Position numbers and translations under genes: made by a program. 64,000 nucleotides of DNA from an uncultured Planctomycetaceae bacterium (GTDB taxonomy: Bacteria > Planctomycetota > Planctomycetia > Planctomycetales > Planctomycetaceae), in NCBI GenBank assembly GCA_963815195.1, contig CAWFGE010000015.1, positions 64,001-128,000 on the forward strand, given 5' to 3'. This document shows, in pieces, positions 33,779-44,056 of this stretch (position 1 is its first letter; every line of letters starts with the position of its first letter). The notes beneath the pieces were generated by a model. That model was not told the origin of the DNA. It did not search any database and saw nothing but the letters and a program-made list of their open reading frames with translations.

Positions 33779-35080
33779 CTAAACAAAGGGCGTGATGCCG
33801 GGCATGGCGACGGGCGGGGTGGGCAGCTCGCCCCATTCGTATTTCTTGGGGGTCATGTCCAGTTTCGAGTTCATGGCCTGCTCCCAGGTGATTTCCTTCC
33901 CGGTGTAGGCGGCCATGCGGCCCATGACGGCCATCATCGTGCTTTTCGCCATGTAGTTGCCGTTGTTGATCGGATTCCCGCCGCGAATGCTCGCGAAGAA
34001 CTCGTCGTGCTCGTTCTGGTACATGTTGTCGCCGCGCTCTTTGCGGTGCTTCCAGGTCACGTTGCCTTTGTGGTCGAGCATCGCATGGGCAAACACGTCG
34101 GCCCGGCCTTTGGTGCCGACGATGTGATCGGAGACATCGACCGCGCAGCCGTCCTGCTGCCGGCAGCGGCTGAAGGCTTTGACGCCGTTCGCATATTCGA
34201 AAACGATGGCGAAGTGGTCGAAGATGTTGCCGTAGATGTCGTCCGTGCGGGTTTGCCGGCCGCCGGTGCCGCTGCAGGAGATGGGATATTCATCCTGCAT
34301 CGCCCAGGCCATTTTGTCGAGGCTGTGCACGTGCTGCTCGGCGATGAAATCTCCCGAGAGCCAGGTGTAATAGAGCCAGTTGCGAAGCTGGTACTCCATG
34401 TCGCTCCAACCGTCTTGCCGGGGGTGCTTCCACAGGCCGCGGGTGTTGTAGCTGCACTGCATGGTGACGATGTCGCCGACGGCCCCATCGTGGATTTGAT
34501 CGAAGGTGGCCTGCATGCCGTGGTGATACCGCCAGCACAGGCCGGAGACGATCGACAGGTTTTTCTTTTTGGCGATTTCGCAAGTGTCGAGGATCGATTT
34601 GACCCCCTTGGCATCCACCGCGACGGGTTTTTCCACGAAGACGTGTTTGCCGGCGTCGACCGCGGCTTTCAAATGAGCCGGGCGAAAATGCGGCGGCGTG
34701 GTCAAAAGCACCACATCGCAAATCTCAATCACATCTTTGTAAGCATTGAAGCCGACGAATTTGTGTTCCTCATCGACTTTGACCCGCGGCCCCACGGGAT
34801 TGTTCTTCAGATTGCGGAGACTGCTTTCCAAGCGGTCGGCAAACGCATCGCCCATCGCGACGAGTTCGGTGTTGGCGTCGGCGGTCAATGCCTGGGCCGC
34901 CGCCCCGGTTCCCCGGCCGCCGCACCCGATGAGGCCGACCTTCAGGGTATTGTTCTCCGCGGCATAAGCGCGCTGGGCCACGCCAAGCTGCGTCGCCATC
35001 GCGCCCAAGGTGATCGCGGAGCCGGTCTTGAGGAATTGCCTGCGGTCGGTGCCGGGGTTTGCGGGGGTGTTGTCAGCCAT
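33779..35080 (-). CDS. Tat-exported Gfo/Idh/MocA family oxidoreductase
   Basis: DRRQFLK Tat signal, VGLIGCGGRGTGAA, TPPHFRP, HVFVEKP, EQHVHSLD. Confidence 0.93.
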   Translation of the reverse strand: MADNTPANPGTDRRQFLKTGSAITLGAMATQLGVAQRAYAAENNTLKVGLIGCGGRGTGAAAQALTADANTELVAMGDAFADRLESSLRNLKNNPVGPRVKVDEEHKFVGFNAYKDVIEICDVVLLTTPPHFRPAHLKAAVDAGKHVFVEKPVAVDAKGVKSILDTCEIAKKKNLSIVSGLCWRYHHGMQATFDQIHDGAVGDIVTMQCSYNTRGLWKHPRQDGWSDMEYQLRNWLYYTWLSGDFIAEQHVHSLDKMAWAMQDEYPISCSGTGGRQTRTDDIYGNIFDHFAIVFEYANGVKAFSRCRQQDGCAVDVSDHIVGTKGRADVFAHAMLDHKGNVTWKHRKERGDNMYQNEHDEFFASIRGGNPINNGNYMAKSTMMAVMGRMAAYTGKEITWEQAMNSKLDMTPKKYEWGELPTPPVAMPGITPFV

Positions 35081-35249
35081 GAGGCCTCTCCTCAATCAAT
35101 ATCAGGTGGGAAAAACGGTCCAAATCGATGCTTTATGGTAACAGAATCTCCCGCAATCGCGAGCGAACGGCGGAATCAGATCCTGCTCAGGCGTTCGGGG
35201 GATTGCGGGGGCCGGTTGGATGCCGGATAATTGTTTTGAGGAGAATTGG

Positions 35250-36065
35250 ATGTCGAACCTTGCCGCGATCACCTCGCTCCGCACGAATCGGCCGCTGCGA
35301 AATCTTGTGCTCGCGGGCGCCGGGCTCTTCGTCTGGTCGTTTTTATCGCTCGGGTTCGCTCTTGTCGCCGCCAGGGGAAATCTGGCCCAGATCAGCAGCG
35401 GACCGCCCTCGCGGTTTCAGGTGATGTCGGCCTATCTGGAACCCGTTTTGGGGGCCTTGTTTGCGGGAATGCTGGTCCGCGTCGCCCGGCAAGGCGGACA
35501 GACAATCTCGCGCCGGCGGTTTTGGGTCGGCTGCGTCGTGATCGCCGGGGCCGCGGTTTTGGATCTGAGCGTGACCTTTTATTTCAGCCCCGACCTCAAA
35601 AACGAAGGCAATCCCGTCGTCAGGGCCTTGCTCGATTCCGGGCATTCCCTGCCTTGGGTCGTGGCCCATATGCTGCTGACGACGCTGATGGTCGTGGCGA
35701 CGTTCTGCGCCTTCTGGCGAGCATTTTTGGCTCATCAGGCGTTTCTTTTGGAGACCATCCGCGAAGCGAAGCCCGCCAACTGGGTCGGCTTTCTGAAAGC
35801 CTCCACCGGCGGAGCGCATTTGACAACCCGCCAATGGATGTTTCCCTGCCGAGTCTCCGAACTGCCCCGGTTTTATCACGGCATTTGGATGGTGGGCATC
35901 GCGATCGTGTTCGGGATCACGCTGTTCCGGTATTACGTCTCCCTCGAATGGCTTGGCGTCTTTGAACCGGCTCTCTGGCCCCGCTGCATCGCCCTGTTCA
36001 CCGCCGTCACCGGCACGCTCATCCTGTATTTCGCCTGCCTGTTCCGCGATTACCGCACGGTTTGA
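35250..36065 (+). CDS. Hypothetical integral membrane protein
   Basis: About 6 hydrophobic segments, D...T...EGNP motif, GAGGAG RBS. Confidence 0.75.
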   Translation: MSNLAAITSLRTNRPLRNLVLAGAGLFVWSFLSLGFALVAARGNLAQISSGPPSRFQVMSAYLEPVLGALFAGMLVRVARQGGQTISRRRFWVGCVVIAGAAVLDLSVTFYFSPDLKNEGNPVVRALLDSGHSLPWVVAHMLLTTLMVVATFCAFWRAFLAHQAFLLETIREAKPANWVGFLKASTGGAHLTTRQWMFPCRVSELPRFYHGIWMVGIAIVFGITLFRYYVSLEWLGVFEPALWPRCIALFTAVTGTLILYFACLFRDYRTV

Positions 36066-36091
36066 ATTTCGAGGACAGAGGGCAGAAAAAC

Positions 36092-36185
36092 GCGGAGAGA
36101 TTTAGAGCGGAGAGTAAAGAGCCAAACCAATTTTCAGGCTCTCCGTCTCTCCGCTGGATTGGCTCTCCGCTCTCCGTCTCTCCGC
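36092..36185. repeat. GCGGAGAG / CTCTCCGC short-unit palindromic cluster between convergent genes
   Basis: Repeated GCGGAGAG units followed by multiple CTCTCCG(C/T) units. Confidence 0.6.
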
Positions 36186-39100
36186 TTACTTGCCTCCGTT
36201 CAATCGCGTGAGGTATTCCACGATGTCCAACAGCTCCGCGGGGGCGATGGAAAATGCCAGGCCTTCAGGCATCGAGCTGACTTTGCTGACGGCGCGCTGC
36301 TCGATGTCACCCGCCGGGATCTTGAGGAGCTTGCCGCCGGCGATGCGGAGCGTCAGTGTCTCCTTGGTGTCGGATTCCACAAAGCCGTCGTACACTTTGC
36401 CCTCGGCCGTCAGCACCCGCATCGTTTGATATTGCTTGGCGATGTCCTTGTTCGGTTCGAGGATGGAATAGATGATGTGCGCCCGCAGGTCCTGCGGTTT
36501 GATCTGCTTCTTGATTTGCGTCAAATCGGGGCCGAAATTGATGCCCCGATTCTCGATGCGATGGCACACCGAGCACACCCGGTCGAATACGACCTCCCCG
36601 TTCCGGGCTTTGCCTTTGAGATCGGCGAGAGCCTTCACCGCAACGTCGCGTTTGGTGGAATCCTGCTCGCCCGCGAGCACTTGCAGATGCGGAATCGCCT
36701 TCACGCTTGGCCCCAAAGCTTTCAGGAAGTTTTGGAAATACAACTGCTGAGGCGGCGGGACATCTTTGAGGAACTCCCCTTTGACGTGGCTGGGCAGCCA
36801 ATACGGGCGGAGGGCCAACAGGGCATGTTCGAGCGTGTAATCGATCCAGTAATCGGTCGGATAGTCCATCACGCGGAGGGCAAGCCGGGCTCCATCCGGC
36901 GATGCCAGATAACTCGCGCCGCGGACCGCTTCCAACCGCACGCGGGGATGTTGATCGCGAATCGCCTTGATGAGCATTTCAATGAGCGTACTACGGCTGT
37001 CGGCTTGGGGATTCTGCGTGCGGAGCGTATTTCCACCCAACGCCAGCCCGTTCGAAAGCACATGCACCGCCGCGGCACGGGCGTGGAAATCCTTCGCGGA
37101 GGTGAGCTTGCGAAGCAGGTTCTCATCGACGGCTTCAAAGCTCTCTTCCACCCACAAGGCTTCGCACAAATGGTGCTCGTACTGGCTATCGTTCGGATCA
37201 AGGCCTTTCACCCAGGCATCCACAGCGGCCAAAACCTGGTCGCGGTCCCGGTCGCGAAGTTCCCGGCGGGCGCGGTAACGGGTTCTCGGTTCGTAGGTTT
37301 TGAGTTGCTCCAAAAGCTCGGGAACCGATTTGCCGGCTTGGGTGATCGGTTCCAACAGCGGCTTGTTCTTATAGACCAGCCGATAGATCCGCCCGTGCCG
37401 ATGGTCGCGGTTGGGATCGCGCTGGGAATATTGCATGTGGCCGATCAAGGCGTTGCACCAGTCGCCGAACCATAAGGCTCCGTCCGGCCCGATTTTGGGA
37501 TCGACCGGGCGGAAGGTTTTGTCGTTGGAGACGAGGAGATCCGCGATCCGCTGTCCGGTGAAGCCCGCGCCTTCTTCTTCATCCTCGATCGTAAACCGGG
37601 GCATGCCGTTCATGTTGATCACGCAGGCATAGATGAATTGGCCCTGCACCTCATCCGGGAACTGCCGGGAGACGAGAAAATCATTGCCCACGGCGGGCCG
37701 CATGCCTTCGTTGTCGAAGATGGGTTTGAGCGTGCTGCGGGTTTCGGGGTCGGCTCCCGAAAGCGGGCTGGCCCAGTGCTGCTTGGCGTTCGTGCCGTCG
37801 CCTACGATGCCGTTGCCCCAATGATCGAACACAAAGCACCACGGGTTCCCGTAGCCGGGCGTTTTGAAGCGGCGGATTTTCAGCGACCGCGGATCGAACA
37901 CATAACAGCCGGCGGAGTTTCTATTGCGGAACGGCCCCCAGGGCGTTTCCAACGTCGTCGAAAGCGAAACGCCTTCCAGCATGTGAAGCAATCCGCCGTG
38001 CGACCATTCCCAGGCGCCCATCGTGTGGTGCGTGTCGTCCGTGGCGATGCCGTCGACGATCTGCGTCACCTCGTCGGCTTTGTCGTCGCCGTCCACGTCT
38101 TTGAGGAACAAAATCCGCGGCTCATCGACCACCAGGACGCCGCCGTTCCAGAATTCAAACCCCGTCGGGCAGATCAGCTTGTCGTAGAACACCTTCACTT
38201 TATCGGCTTTGCCGTCTTGGTTCGTGTCCTCGAAGATCAGCAAGCGGTCGTTGGGCCGGGGGTCGCCGGGCCGCCATTGGGGATAGTTGGGCATGCACGC
38301 CGCCCACAATCGGCCTTTGTTGTCGAAGTTGAGCTGGCAGGGATTGGCGAGCACGGGAAATTCCCGCTCGGACGCAAAGGCCTGGACTTCGAAGCCCTCC
38401 GGCACCTGCATGGTCTTGATGCACTCTTCCGGGCTGAGATAGCGGAGTTCCTTGGGTTCCGCGCGGGGAAAATGCCGGCCCAATCCGGTCGGCGGAACGA
38501 TCAACTCGCCGGTATTGCTGTCGTCCGGTTTGTTGGCGACGTTTTTGCCCTGGGCGATGTCCCACACGTAGCGGTCCCGCACCGCGGCCATTTTGCGGAT
38601 TTTCTTGTATTCGAGCGGGAAAGTTTCGGTGTCGTAAGTCCGCCGCCCGCCATAAACGTACCAGCCGTTGAGCATGCGGTAATCGTTCATGTGCACCCAG
38701 GACTTGTCGTTCACCGCGGCTCGGAGTTGCTCGTAATCGCTGCTGCCCACGTGGGCGGGATTTTTGCCGTCGAACAGGGCTTCATCCAGAAGTTGGGCCA
38801 GCAGCAAATCGCCCGACTCGTTCAAATGCACGCCGTCGATCGTGTATTGCAAACCGGGTTTCTCGTGGAAGGGGCCCTTGGTCGGAGCGAACACATCCAC
38901 GAACGGCAGATGGCGGTCCGCGGCGATTTCCTTGATGGCGGTCGTGTAGAGCGCGAGGTTGGCGTTTTCCTGTGTTCCGGCGGGCTGCAAGGGATTTCCC
39001 GAGGGCTCGAACGCGATCGGGGAAATCAGCACGAGCTGCGGGGCTTTTTTGTTTTCGGAAAATCGGCTCGTCAGGTCGTTCAAATATTGCCCGTAGCGCT

Positions 39101-39647
39101 GCTTGAAATAAGGCAGCTCTTTTTCGCCGGCGAACGACTCGTTAAAACCGAAGAAGCAAAAGAACATGTCCGGCGAGTAAATCGTGAGCGGGTCGTCGAG
39201 TTGGGTATAGCTGTTGGGCCGCTGCTGGTTGCCGACTTCATCCGCCGGCCAGCCGAAGTTGCGGATCTTGAGTTCCAACTGCGGAAACCGCGAATGCAGG
39301 AGGGTCTCGAAGTTGCCGAACAGATTCATCCGCTCGGCGAGCGAGTTCCCCACGAAGGCGATCCGCTGGTGCTTTTGCAAAATGAGGCGGGGCTCGGCCT
39401 GGGAATCGCTTTGGGCGGTTGTGGAGACAAACTGCAGACGCTCCAAGGCCGGTTCGTTCGGAGAGGTTTCCGACGGTGTAGACGTCGGCTCCACAGCCTG
39501 GGACGGGGGAGCGGCCGGCTGTCCGCCGCAACCGATCGCCAAGGCAACGAACCAGGGCAGAGACCATTTCCAGGCGGAGGTTTTCCGATGGGTTTGCGAG
39601 TGGGCGAGTTTCATAACAACCTTCTCGAAGGAACGACAATTGAACAT
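36186..39647 (-). CDS. PVC-type heme-binding protein: SGNH/GDSL-like domain, beta-propeller, HEAT repeats and C-terminal cytochrome c; start may be 39614
   Basis: IAFVGNSLAE and DGVHLN (SGNH-like), PEGFEVQAFASE, RPVDPKIGPDGALWFGDW, CSVCH, GPDLTQI, SSMPEGL. Confidence 0.9.
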   Translation of the reverse strand: MFNCRSFEKVVMKLAHSQTHRKTSAWKWSLPWFVALAIGCGGQPAAPPSQAVEPTSTPSETSPNEPALERLQFVSTTAQSDSQAEPRLILQKHQRIAFVGNSLAERMNLFGNFETLLHSRFPQLELKIRNFGWPADEVGNQQRPNSYTQLDDPLTIYSPDMFFCFFGFNESFAGEKELPYFKQRYGQYLNDLTSRFSENKKAPQLVLISPIAFEPSGNPLQPAGTQENANLALYTTAIKEIAADRHLPFVDVFAPTKGPFHEKPGLQYTIDGVHLNESGDLLLAQLLDEALFDGKNPAHVGSSDYEQLRAAVNDKSWVHMNDYRMLNGWYVYGGRRTYDTETFPLEYKKIRKMAAVRDRYVWDIAQGKNVANKPDDSNTGELIVPPTGLGRHFPRAEPKELRYLSPEECIKTMQVPEGFEVQAFASEREFPVLANPCQLNFDNKGRLWAACMPNYPQWRPGDPRPNDRLLIFEDTNQDGKADKVKVFYDKLICPTGFEFWNGGVLVVDEPRILFLKDVDGDDKADEVTQIVDGIATDDTHHTMGAWEWSHGGLLHMLEGVSLSTTLETPWGPFRNRNSAGCYVFDPRSLKIRRFKTPGYGNPWCFVFDHWGNGIVGDGTNAKQHWASPLSGADPETRSTLKPIFDNEGMRPAVGNDFLVSRQFPDEVQGQFIYACVINMNGMPRFTIEDEEEGAGFTGQRIADLLVSNDKTFRPVDPKIGPDGALWFGDWCNALIGHMQYSQRDPNRDHRHGRIYRLVYKNKPLLEPITQAGKSVPELLEQLKTYEPRTRYRARRELRDRDRDQVLAAVDAWVKGLDPNDSQYEHHLCEALWVEESFEAVDENLLRKLTSAKDFHARAAAVHVLSNGLALGGNTLRTQNPQADSRSTLIEMLIKAIRDQHPRVRLEAVRGASYLASPDGARLALRVMDYPTDYWIDYTLEHALLALRPYWLPSHVKGEFLKDVPPPQQLYFQNFLKALGPSVKAIPHLQVLAGEQDSTKRDVAVKALADLKGKARNGEVVFDRVCSVCHRIENRGINFGPDLTQIKKQIKPQDLRAHIIYSILEPNKDIAKQYQTMRVLTAEGKVYDGFVESDTKETLTLRIAGGKLLKIPAGDIEQRAVSKVSSMPEGLAFSIAPAELLDIVEYLTRLNGGK

Positions 39648-39726
39648 GGACAGGCGGAATTGAGCGGAAGCTCAGGTGGCGGGCTTGTCGGCAGGTTCGG
39701 CGACGGGTCGCCATGTTCCACGGTAT

Positions 39727-39770
39727 AAAAAAACGGAACCGAGCGAAAGCATACCGCCCGGTTCCGTTTT
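39727..39770 (-). terminator. Intrinsic terminator downstream of the Gly/Cys-rich gene
   Basis: AAAACGGAACCG...CGGTTCCGTTTT stem, with a T7 tract on the minus strand. Confidence 0.75.
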
Positions 39771-39799
39771 GAGATGGGTCCCAGCCTGATCTCCTGAGA

Positions 39800-40402
39800 T
39801 TATGTCTCGACCCCTGGTTTTTTGGCTTCGGCGGGGTTGTTCGGTTGGTTTGGGGGATTGGGAGCCGGCTGGTTATTGCCGGGGGGCGCGATCTTTTCCG
39901 CACCATGTCCCGCCCCGCCATCGGGAACGGCTTCATATCCGCCCGCCGGGGCAGAACCGCCGACGCAGGACGAGCACGATCCGCCGGACATCACACGCAT
40001 CCCGCCACAGTAGCCGCCGTAGCAGTTGCCCCGGTTACCGCCGTAATAATAGACCTGGCCGCCGCAGGAATTTCCGTAATACGAGGTTCCGCAGGAGGAG
40101 GTTCCGCAGGAGGAGTACATCACGCGGCCGCCGCAGGAGTTGCCGCAGTTGGAATACTGCATGCCGCCACCGCAGTTGGAATACTGCATGCCGCCACCGC
40201 AGTTGGAATACCTCATCCCCCCGCCGTAGTTTGTGTATTGCATGCCACCGCAGTTGGAGTAGCTGACGTTGCCGCAGTAGCCCGTGCCATACGAGGAGGA
40301 GCCGGAGTAGCATGCGCCCCCCCGGCATTGGGCCTGCAATTGTCCGGGAGAGGCGAGCGCGAATGCCGCCGCCACGATCATGGAACTGAACAGATAGCGC
40401 AT
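39800..40402 (-). CDS. Secreted Gly/Cys/Tyr/Ser-rich low-complexity protein with YSNCGGGMQ tandem repeats and a Pro/Asn-rich tail
   Basis: AAAGGA RBS, signal peptide MRYLFSSMIVAAAFALASPGQLQA, 27-bp in-frame repeats, own terminator. Confidence 0.8.
   Translation of the reverse strand: MRYLFSSMIVAAAFALASPGQLQAQCRGGACYSGSSSYGTGYCGNVSYSNCGGMQYTNYGGGMRYSNCGGGMQYSNCGGGMQYSNCGNSCGGRVMYSSCGTSSCGTSYYGNSCGGQVYYYGGNRGNCYGGYCGGMRVMSGGSCSSCVGGSAPAGGYEAVPDGGAGHGAEKIAPPGNNQPAPNPPNQPNNPAEAKKPGVET
40143..40262. repeat. 27-bp coding tandem repeat (2 perfect plus about 3 degenerate units)
   Basis: CCGCAGTTGGAATACTGCATGCCGCCA at 40143 and 40170, with variants following. Confidence 0.9.
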
Positions 40403-40668
40403 TTTTTTGATCCTTTCGAGAATCCTTTGAGAACAGCTCAAGTGGAATGTGTCCCTAACTGTCCGACATGTTAGCTGGGGGGATTGGCCTGTAAAGGGAA
40501 ATCAGCGAAATTAGTATAAATGGAAGAAATGGGCGAAGTGTTAGGAATCGTACAGAATGGGCTGACTTTTCACGCTCTTCGGCTTCCGGGCGTGCTTGAC
40601 GGTGATTGGCCCGCGGGGTACGGTCGGTGAAAACCTCAAACGCGACTCGACGTTCCGGGAGAATCTTC

Positions 40669-41592
40669 ATGAAGCTGGGTTTTGTGTCCGCCATTTTGCC
40701 GGAATTGTCGCTCCGCGAGGTTCTGGAGACGGCCGCGGATTTGGGCTACGACTGCGTGGAAGTCATGTGCTGGCCGGTGGGTAAAGCGGAGCGGCGGTAT
40801 GCGGGCGTGACGCATATCGACGTGGACGAGCTTTCGGGCGATCTCGTTGGGGAGATTCAAAGCCTGACCGAAGAAACGGGCGTGAGCATCAGCGGGCTGG
40901 GCTATTATCCGAACCCGCTCTCGCCGGACGCCGAGGAATCCAAAAAAGCCGGGGAGCACATCCGCAAAGTTATCGCCGCGGCCGCGAAGCTGGGCGTCGG
41001 GCGGATGAACACGTTCATCGGCCGGGATTGGACGAGGTCGGTGGAGGACAATTGGCCCCGGTTCCGGGAGGTGTGGTCTCCCATTGTCGAACTGGCCGAC
41101 AGCGAAGGCGTGAAAATCGGCATCGAAAACTGTCCGATGTTCTTCACGAACGACGAATGGCCCGGCGGCAAAAACCTTGCCATCAGCCCCGCCATCTGGC
41201 GGCGGATGTTCGCGGACATCCCCAGCCCGAACTTCGGATTGAATTACGATCCCTCCCATATGGTCTGGCAGCACATGGATTACCTGGCCCCGCTTCGCGA
41301 GTTCGCCGGCCGCATCCACCACGCCCACGCCAAAGACGTGCGGATGGACTACCACCGGCTCAACGATGTGGGCATCCTCGCCAACCCGCTGGAATACCAC
41401 ACCCCCAAGCTGCCGGGCATGGGCGAAGTCGAGTGGGGCAAATTTATCTCCGTCCTGGGCGACGCCGGCTACCAAGGCCCGGTGTGCGTGGAAGTCGAAG
41501 ACCGGGCGTTTGAAGACACCCTCGAATCCCGCATCGCCTCGCTCCAACAGAGCGTGACCTATCTGCGAAATTTCATCCCCAAACGCGGATGA
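40669..41592 (+). CDS. Sugar phosphate isomerase/epimerase (xylose isomerase-like TIM barrel)
   Basis: [36 protein letters not shown]. Confidence 0.9.
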   Translation: MKLGFVSAILPELSLREVLETAADLGYDCVEVMCWPVGKAERRYAGVTHIDVDELSGDLVGEIQSLTEETGVSISGLGYYPNPLSPDAEESKKAGEHIRKVIAAAAKLGVGRMNTFIGRDWTRSVEDNWPRFREVWSPIVELADSEGVKIGIENCPMFFTNDEWPGGKNLAISPAIWRRMFADIPSPNFGLNYDPSHMVWQHMDYLAPLREFAGRIHHAHAKDVRMDYHRLNDVGILANPLEYHTPKLPGMGEVEWGKFISVLGDAGYQGPVCVEVEDRAFEDTLESRIASLQQSVTYLRNFIPKRG

Positions 41593-41679
41593 CCTTCACC
41601 ACGGATGCGGAAGGGACCACGAAACACGCGAAAAAACTGGCAACGAGGAAAAAAGAAATGAACCTTCCTTTGTCTTCCA

Positions 41680-41868
41680 CCTCGTTCCCAAGCTCCGGCT
41701 TGGGAACGCACTCACGCGAAGCTCCGCTTCGCAACGCGTCGATCCCATCAACCCAGTTGCGAACGCTGGAAGGCGTCACCAATTGGGTGAGAGCCACCCG
41801 ATCCTTCGCACGCTGCCAAGCAGAGCTTGGCGACCAGTGCGTTCCCAAGCTGGAGCTTGGGAACGAGG
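41680..41868. mobile_element. CTCGTTCCCAAGCT-family MITE/REPIN-like element
   Basis: Terminal inverted repeats of about 32 bp (CCTCGTTCCCAAGCTCC(G/A)GCTTGGGAACGCAC), each itself a hairpin, with internal hairpins GCGAAGC...GCTTCGC and GCCAAGC...GCTTGGC. Confidence 0.8.
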
Positions 41869-41913
41869 AAAGAGACCACGAATAACACCGACACGACGGA
41901 TAGAAAGACCGCC

Positions 41914-43032
41914 ATGCCTGACTCGCGTTACCGCATTGTTGATACCTCCGAAATCATTACCCCGGCGCTGGTGGTGTTCCGGGAGATTCTGCTGGAGAAT
42001 ATCAAGCAGATGATCTCCATCGCCGGGGATGTTTCGCGGTTGCGGCCGCATTGCAAGACGCACAAGATGCCGGACGTGACGAAATTGGAGCTTTCCCAGG
42101 GCATCACCAAGCACAAGGCCGCCACGTTTGCCGAGGCGGAAATGCTGGCGGACGCCGGGGTGCCGGATGTGTTCTTGGCCTATAACCTGGTGGGGCCGAA
42201 CATTCGCCGGGCGGCTCTATTTCGCCGGCGGTATCCGCATGTGAAATTTTCCGTAACTGCCGATCATCCGCAGCCGCTCCGGGAACTCGCCGAGGCGATG
42301 CAGGCGGCGGATCTGGAAATCGACGTGCTCCTGGATCTCGACACCGGCCAGCACCGCACCGGCTTGCCGTTGGGGGAAGACGCCAAGCAGCTTTACAAAA
42401 CGATCGCGGAAACGCCCGGCGTGAACGCGGGGGGTCTGCATCTTTATGATGGACAAAATCATCAGCAGGACCTCGCCGAGCGCCAAGCCGCGGTCGATGC
42501 CTGCTGGAACGCCGCGACCTCGTTCCGGGACGACTTGGTGAAGGCGGGCTTGCCGGTGCCGCGGATCGTCGCGGGCGGGACGGGATCGTTTCCGATTTAT
42601 GCGCAGAAAGTCGATCCCACGCTCGAACTCAGCCCCGGCACCTGCGTGTTTCATGATGCGGGCTACGGCGGGGTTTTCCCCGATCTGAAATTCACCCCGG
42701 CCGCGGTGCTGTTGACCCGCGTCATCAGCCGGCCCACGGCGAACCGCGTCACGCTCGACTTGGGTTATAAAGCGGTCGCTTCGGATCCGCCCGCCGGCCG
42801 CCGGCTGGTGTTCCCCGATCTACCAGGTGCCGAGCAGGTCCTGCAGAACGAAGAGCACCTCGTGCTGGAAACCGCGGACGCCGCGAACTACGTGCCGGGC
42901 GATGAACTCATCGCGATCCCCCGCCACGTCTGCCCCACGTCGGCGCTCCATAAGGAAGCCGTAGTCGTCGAAGACGGCCAAATCATCGCCCGCTGGCCCA
43001 TCACCGCCCGCGACCGGCAGCTTACGGTGTAG
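41914..43032 (+). CDS. D-threonine aldolase / DSD1 family PLP-dependent enzyme
   Basis: TPALVV, RPHCKTHK (PLP Lys), HRTG, HLYDG, GGTGS, NEEH, PRHVCPT. Confidence 0.92.
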   Translation: MPDSRYRIVDTSEIITPALVVFREILLENIKQMISIAGDVSRLRPHCKTHKMPDVTKLELSQGITKHKAATFAEAEMLADAGVPDVFLAYNLVGPNIRRAALFRRRYPHVKFSVTADHPQPLRELAEAMQAADLEIDVLLDLDTGQHRTGLPLGEDAKQLYKTIAETPGVNAGGLHLYDGQNHQQDLAERQAAVDACWNAATSFRDDLVKAGLPVPRIVAGGTGSFPIYAQKVDPTLELSPGTCVFHDAGYGGVFPDLKFTPAAVLLTRVISRPTANRVTLDLGYKAVASDPPAGRRLVFPDLPGAEQVLQNEEHLVLETADAANYVPGDELIAIPRHVCPTSALHKEAVVVEDGQIIARWPITARDRQLTV

Positions 43033-43140
43033 AAATCGGTCTGATAGAATAACCAAAGACCGACTGCCGATTCCCAACCGTGTCGAGGGCGCTTTTCTCG
43101 ATCTCTTTGGGCTTCCTTTAAGAAACGACCCTCCTACTCC

Positions 43141-44028
43141 ATGACGCATCGCCAAAAGACGGGAATTGCGGAATTGGATGAGATGCTCGGCGGCGGATTG
43201 CTGCCGGGGACGCTCACGGTGGTTCTGGGCGCGACCGGCATTGGAAAGACGCAGTTGGGACTTCAGTTCGCCCACGAGGGTCGGAAACAGGAAGGGCAGG
43301 CGGGGATTGTGTTCGATATGACCAGCCGAGGCGATGCGCAGAATCACCACGCCTACGCCCGGCGGTTGTTTGGCTGGGAACTCCGCGATGCCGACCTCAA
43401 TGAAATATCAGGCCCCGACCGCGTCTGGAACGAGGCGTTGGCCCGTTCGGATTACCTGCATCTCTTTCGGCGGAGCGGCCGGCGGGTGACCTTGAGCGAT
43501 TTGGATTTCGATGAGCGGCGGGAATGGAAAATCGAGCTGATGAAAAAGCTCGATCTCGCCATCGGTTGGTTTTACGGCAACTTTATCCACGGCGTCCGGC
43601 GGTGCGTGATCGATGGGATCGAACCCGCGGACAAAGCCAGCGACTCCTTTCAATTGCACACGTTTGATTACATCTATCATCAGATCCTGCACAAGGAAGC
43701 GGATTGGGTCGCCCGCGATTTGTTCCGGGCCAAGTTCCGCGAGCACGCCGGCGAAGTGGTCGCCCATCTTTACGATCACAACGAACTGGGCTGCCTGTTT
43801 TTGGCGACGACGCACGATGTGATGCTCGAACAGCTTCTCAGCCGGCCGATCGAAAGCGGGGACGTGCTGTCCAACGCGAATACGATCCTCCTGATGGGCA
43901 AAATCCGCGAAGGCACGCGAATGGGCCGGGCGCTCTATATTGCCAAGCACCGCGGCAGCGCCTGCGACGACCGGATCGTGCCCTTTGAAATCACGGACAA
44001 GGGCCTCTGGCTCAACATGCCCGACTGA
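43141..44028 (+). CDS. RAD55/KaiC-like single-domain RecA-superfamily ATPase
   Basis: [14 protein letters not shown], Walker [29 protein letters not shown]. Confidence 0.88.
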   Translation: MTHRQKTGIAELDEMLGGGLLPGTLTVVLGATGIGKTQLGLQFAHEGRKQEGQAGIVFDMTSRGDAQNHHAYARRLFGWELRDADLNEISGPDRVWNEALARSDYLHLFRRSGRRVTLSDLDFDERREWKIELMKKLDLAIGWFYGNFIHGVRRCVIDGIEPADKASDSFQLHTFDYIYHQILHKEADWVARDLFRAKFREHAGEVVAHLYDHNELGCLFLATTHDVMLEQLLSRPIESGDVLSNANTILLMGKIREGTRMGRALYIAKHRGSACDDRIVPFEITDKGLWLNMPD

Positions 44029-44056
44029 CGGAGGTTTTTTCGCCGTCGCGATCGTG

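Noticed and set aside
40143..40262. 27-bp repeats as a CRISPR array, or the protein as a RiPP precursor
   Set aside because: The repeats are contiguous, in frame and have no spacers or cas genes. The protein has a Sec-type signal and no adjacent modifying enzymes.
43141..44028. Circadian clock kaiC
   Set aside because: Single domain only, with no kaiA or kaiB nearby.
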